From assembly GCF_001194135.2 (NCBI RefSeq), contig NC_068986.1, positions 38,085,330-38,149,329 on the forward strand: a stretch of DNA of 64,000 nucleotides, in the 5' to 3' direction. The DNA comes from Octopus bimaculoides. Its lineage: Eukaryota. Below the pieces are notes generated by a model. It had not been told where the DNA came from. It made no database searches and was given only the letters and a program-made list of their open reading frames with translations. The position numbers and the translations under genes were made by a program. Below, in pieces: positions 63,344 to 64,000 of the stretch (position 1 is its first letter; the number at the start of each line of letters is the position of its first letter).

Positions 63344-63512
63344 GGTAATTTTTCAGATTAACACCAGCACGATTTTCACTAGGGTGTTAGGGTTTTAGGG
63401 TCAGGGTTAGCGTTAGGATTACGGTTTTAGGGTCAGGGTTAGTGTTAGGTTAGGGTTAGGTTTAAGGTTTTAGGGTTAGGTAATCGTGCGGGTGTTGATC
63501 TGAAAAATTACC
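63344..63512. mobile_element. 169-bp MITE with 31-bp TIRs, 8-bp TSD and telomere-like core (Merlin-type ends)
   Basis: Left TIR GGTAATTTTTCAGATTAACACCAGCACGATT (63344-63374); the reverse complement of 63482-63512 matches at 29/31. CTCCATTT is duplicated at 63336-63343 and 63513-63520. Interior is TTAGGG variants. Confidence 0.9.
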
Positions 63513-63870
63513 CTCCATTTTTCCCGTTTCTATGGATGTTGCATAAAAAAGAAAACGCTTTGCAGGGGCAAGCTTTTTTATGCTGTAAACATTTTCTATA
63601 TATAGACAGCTGTGAAAAAAAAAACCCATCTATTTGTTATTTTCTTTCTATATTATTCTTATTTTAGTTTTTATTTTCAGATACTCTCCCATGGCTTTCT
63701 ACCATTCAGTCAAGTCATTCTATTCAGTTCATGATGCAGTAAATTAAGCAGAAGAAAATGAGTCTCCTTGTGATGAAAACTTGGTGCTAGTATAGTATGT
63801 GGTCTACCACGGTGTCAAACTGTATAGTCAGGGTTATCACCTTTCCACTTGCGGTTTATCTTACATTGAA

Positions 63871-64000
63871 ATGTTACTAAAAGATTTTTATACACGTCAT
63901 CTTTACAGAGGAAACAGCAGTCACATTTTTACAAGATTACAATCTACTGGATACACAAGAAGCAGATCCATGCCGTCGATGCGGTGCTGTCATGCAGGAA
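63871..64000 (+). pseudogene. Merlin/IS1595-like transposase N-terminus, apparently frameshifted, cut by window end
   Basis: Removing one T from the T5 run at 63885-63889 gives MLLKDFIHVIFTEETAVTFLQDYNLLDTQEADPCRRCGAVMQE, an E..A..FL...LL...CxxCG..M pattern like Merlin/ISXO2 zinc-ribbon N-termini (recalled). Confidence 0.55.

Noticed and set aside
63375-63481. True telomere or chromosome-fusion scar
   Set aside because: Short, degenerate and enclosed by TIRs and a TSD, so it is part of a transposon.

Overview
This is AT-rich, repeat-saturated animal genomic DNA with ten N gaps. Its SINE and RTE repeat families look like Octopus (coleoid cephalopod); that is inferred from repeat style, not from a search. 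It holds two convergent spliced protein-coding genes that the ORF track misses or only partly shows. (1) Cathepsin Z/X (CTSZ), + strand: six coding exons were located between 9360 and 32955 with canonical splice sites and consistent phases. The HIP mini-loop and catalytic Cys/His/Asn are intact. The first exon was not found, and the 5' part of the last exon lies in a gap. (2) CENP-M (CENPM), - strand: six exons from 62679 down to 47634 join into a complete 177-aa ORF. Nearly everything else is decayed mobile DNA: RTE, R4/Dong, CR1 and Penelope retroelements, a Gypsy gag piece, a solo LTR, Tc1/mariner fragments (including DD41D), hAT/piggyBac/Tc1/Merlin-type MITEs, three tRNA-derived SINE families and microsatellites. 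The most interesting zone is upstream of CENPM. It holds a 169-bp MITE (31-bp TIRs, perfect 8-bp TSD) whose interior is degenerate TTAGGG repeat, and a Merlin/IS1595-like transposase N-terminus running off the window end. I found no CRISPR, rRNA, true tRNA or prokaryotic system, and cannot demonstrate a wholly new biological system. All family assignments are by eye from recalled motifs.
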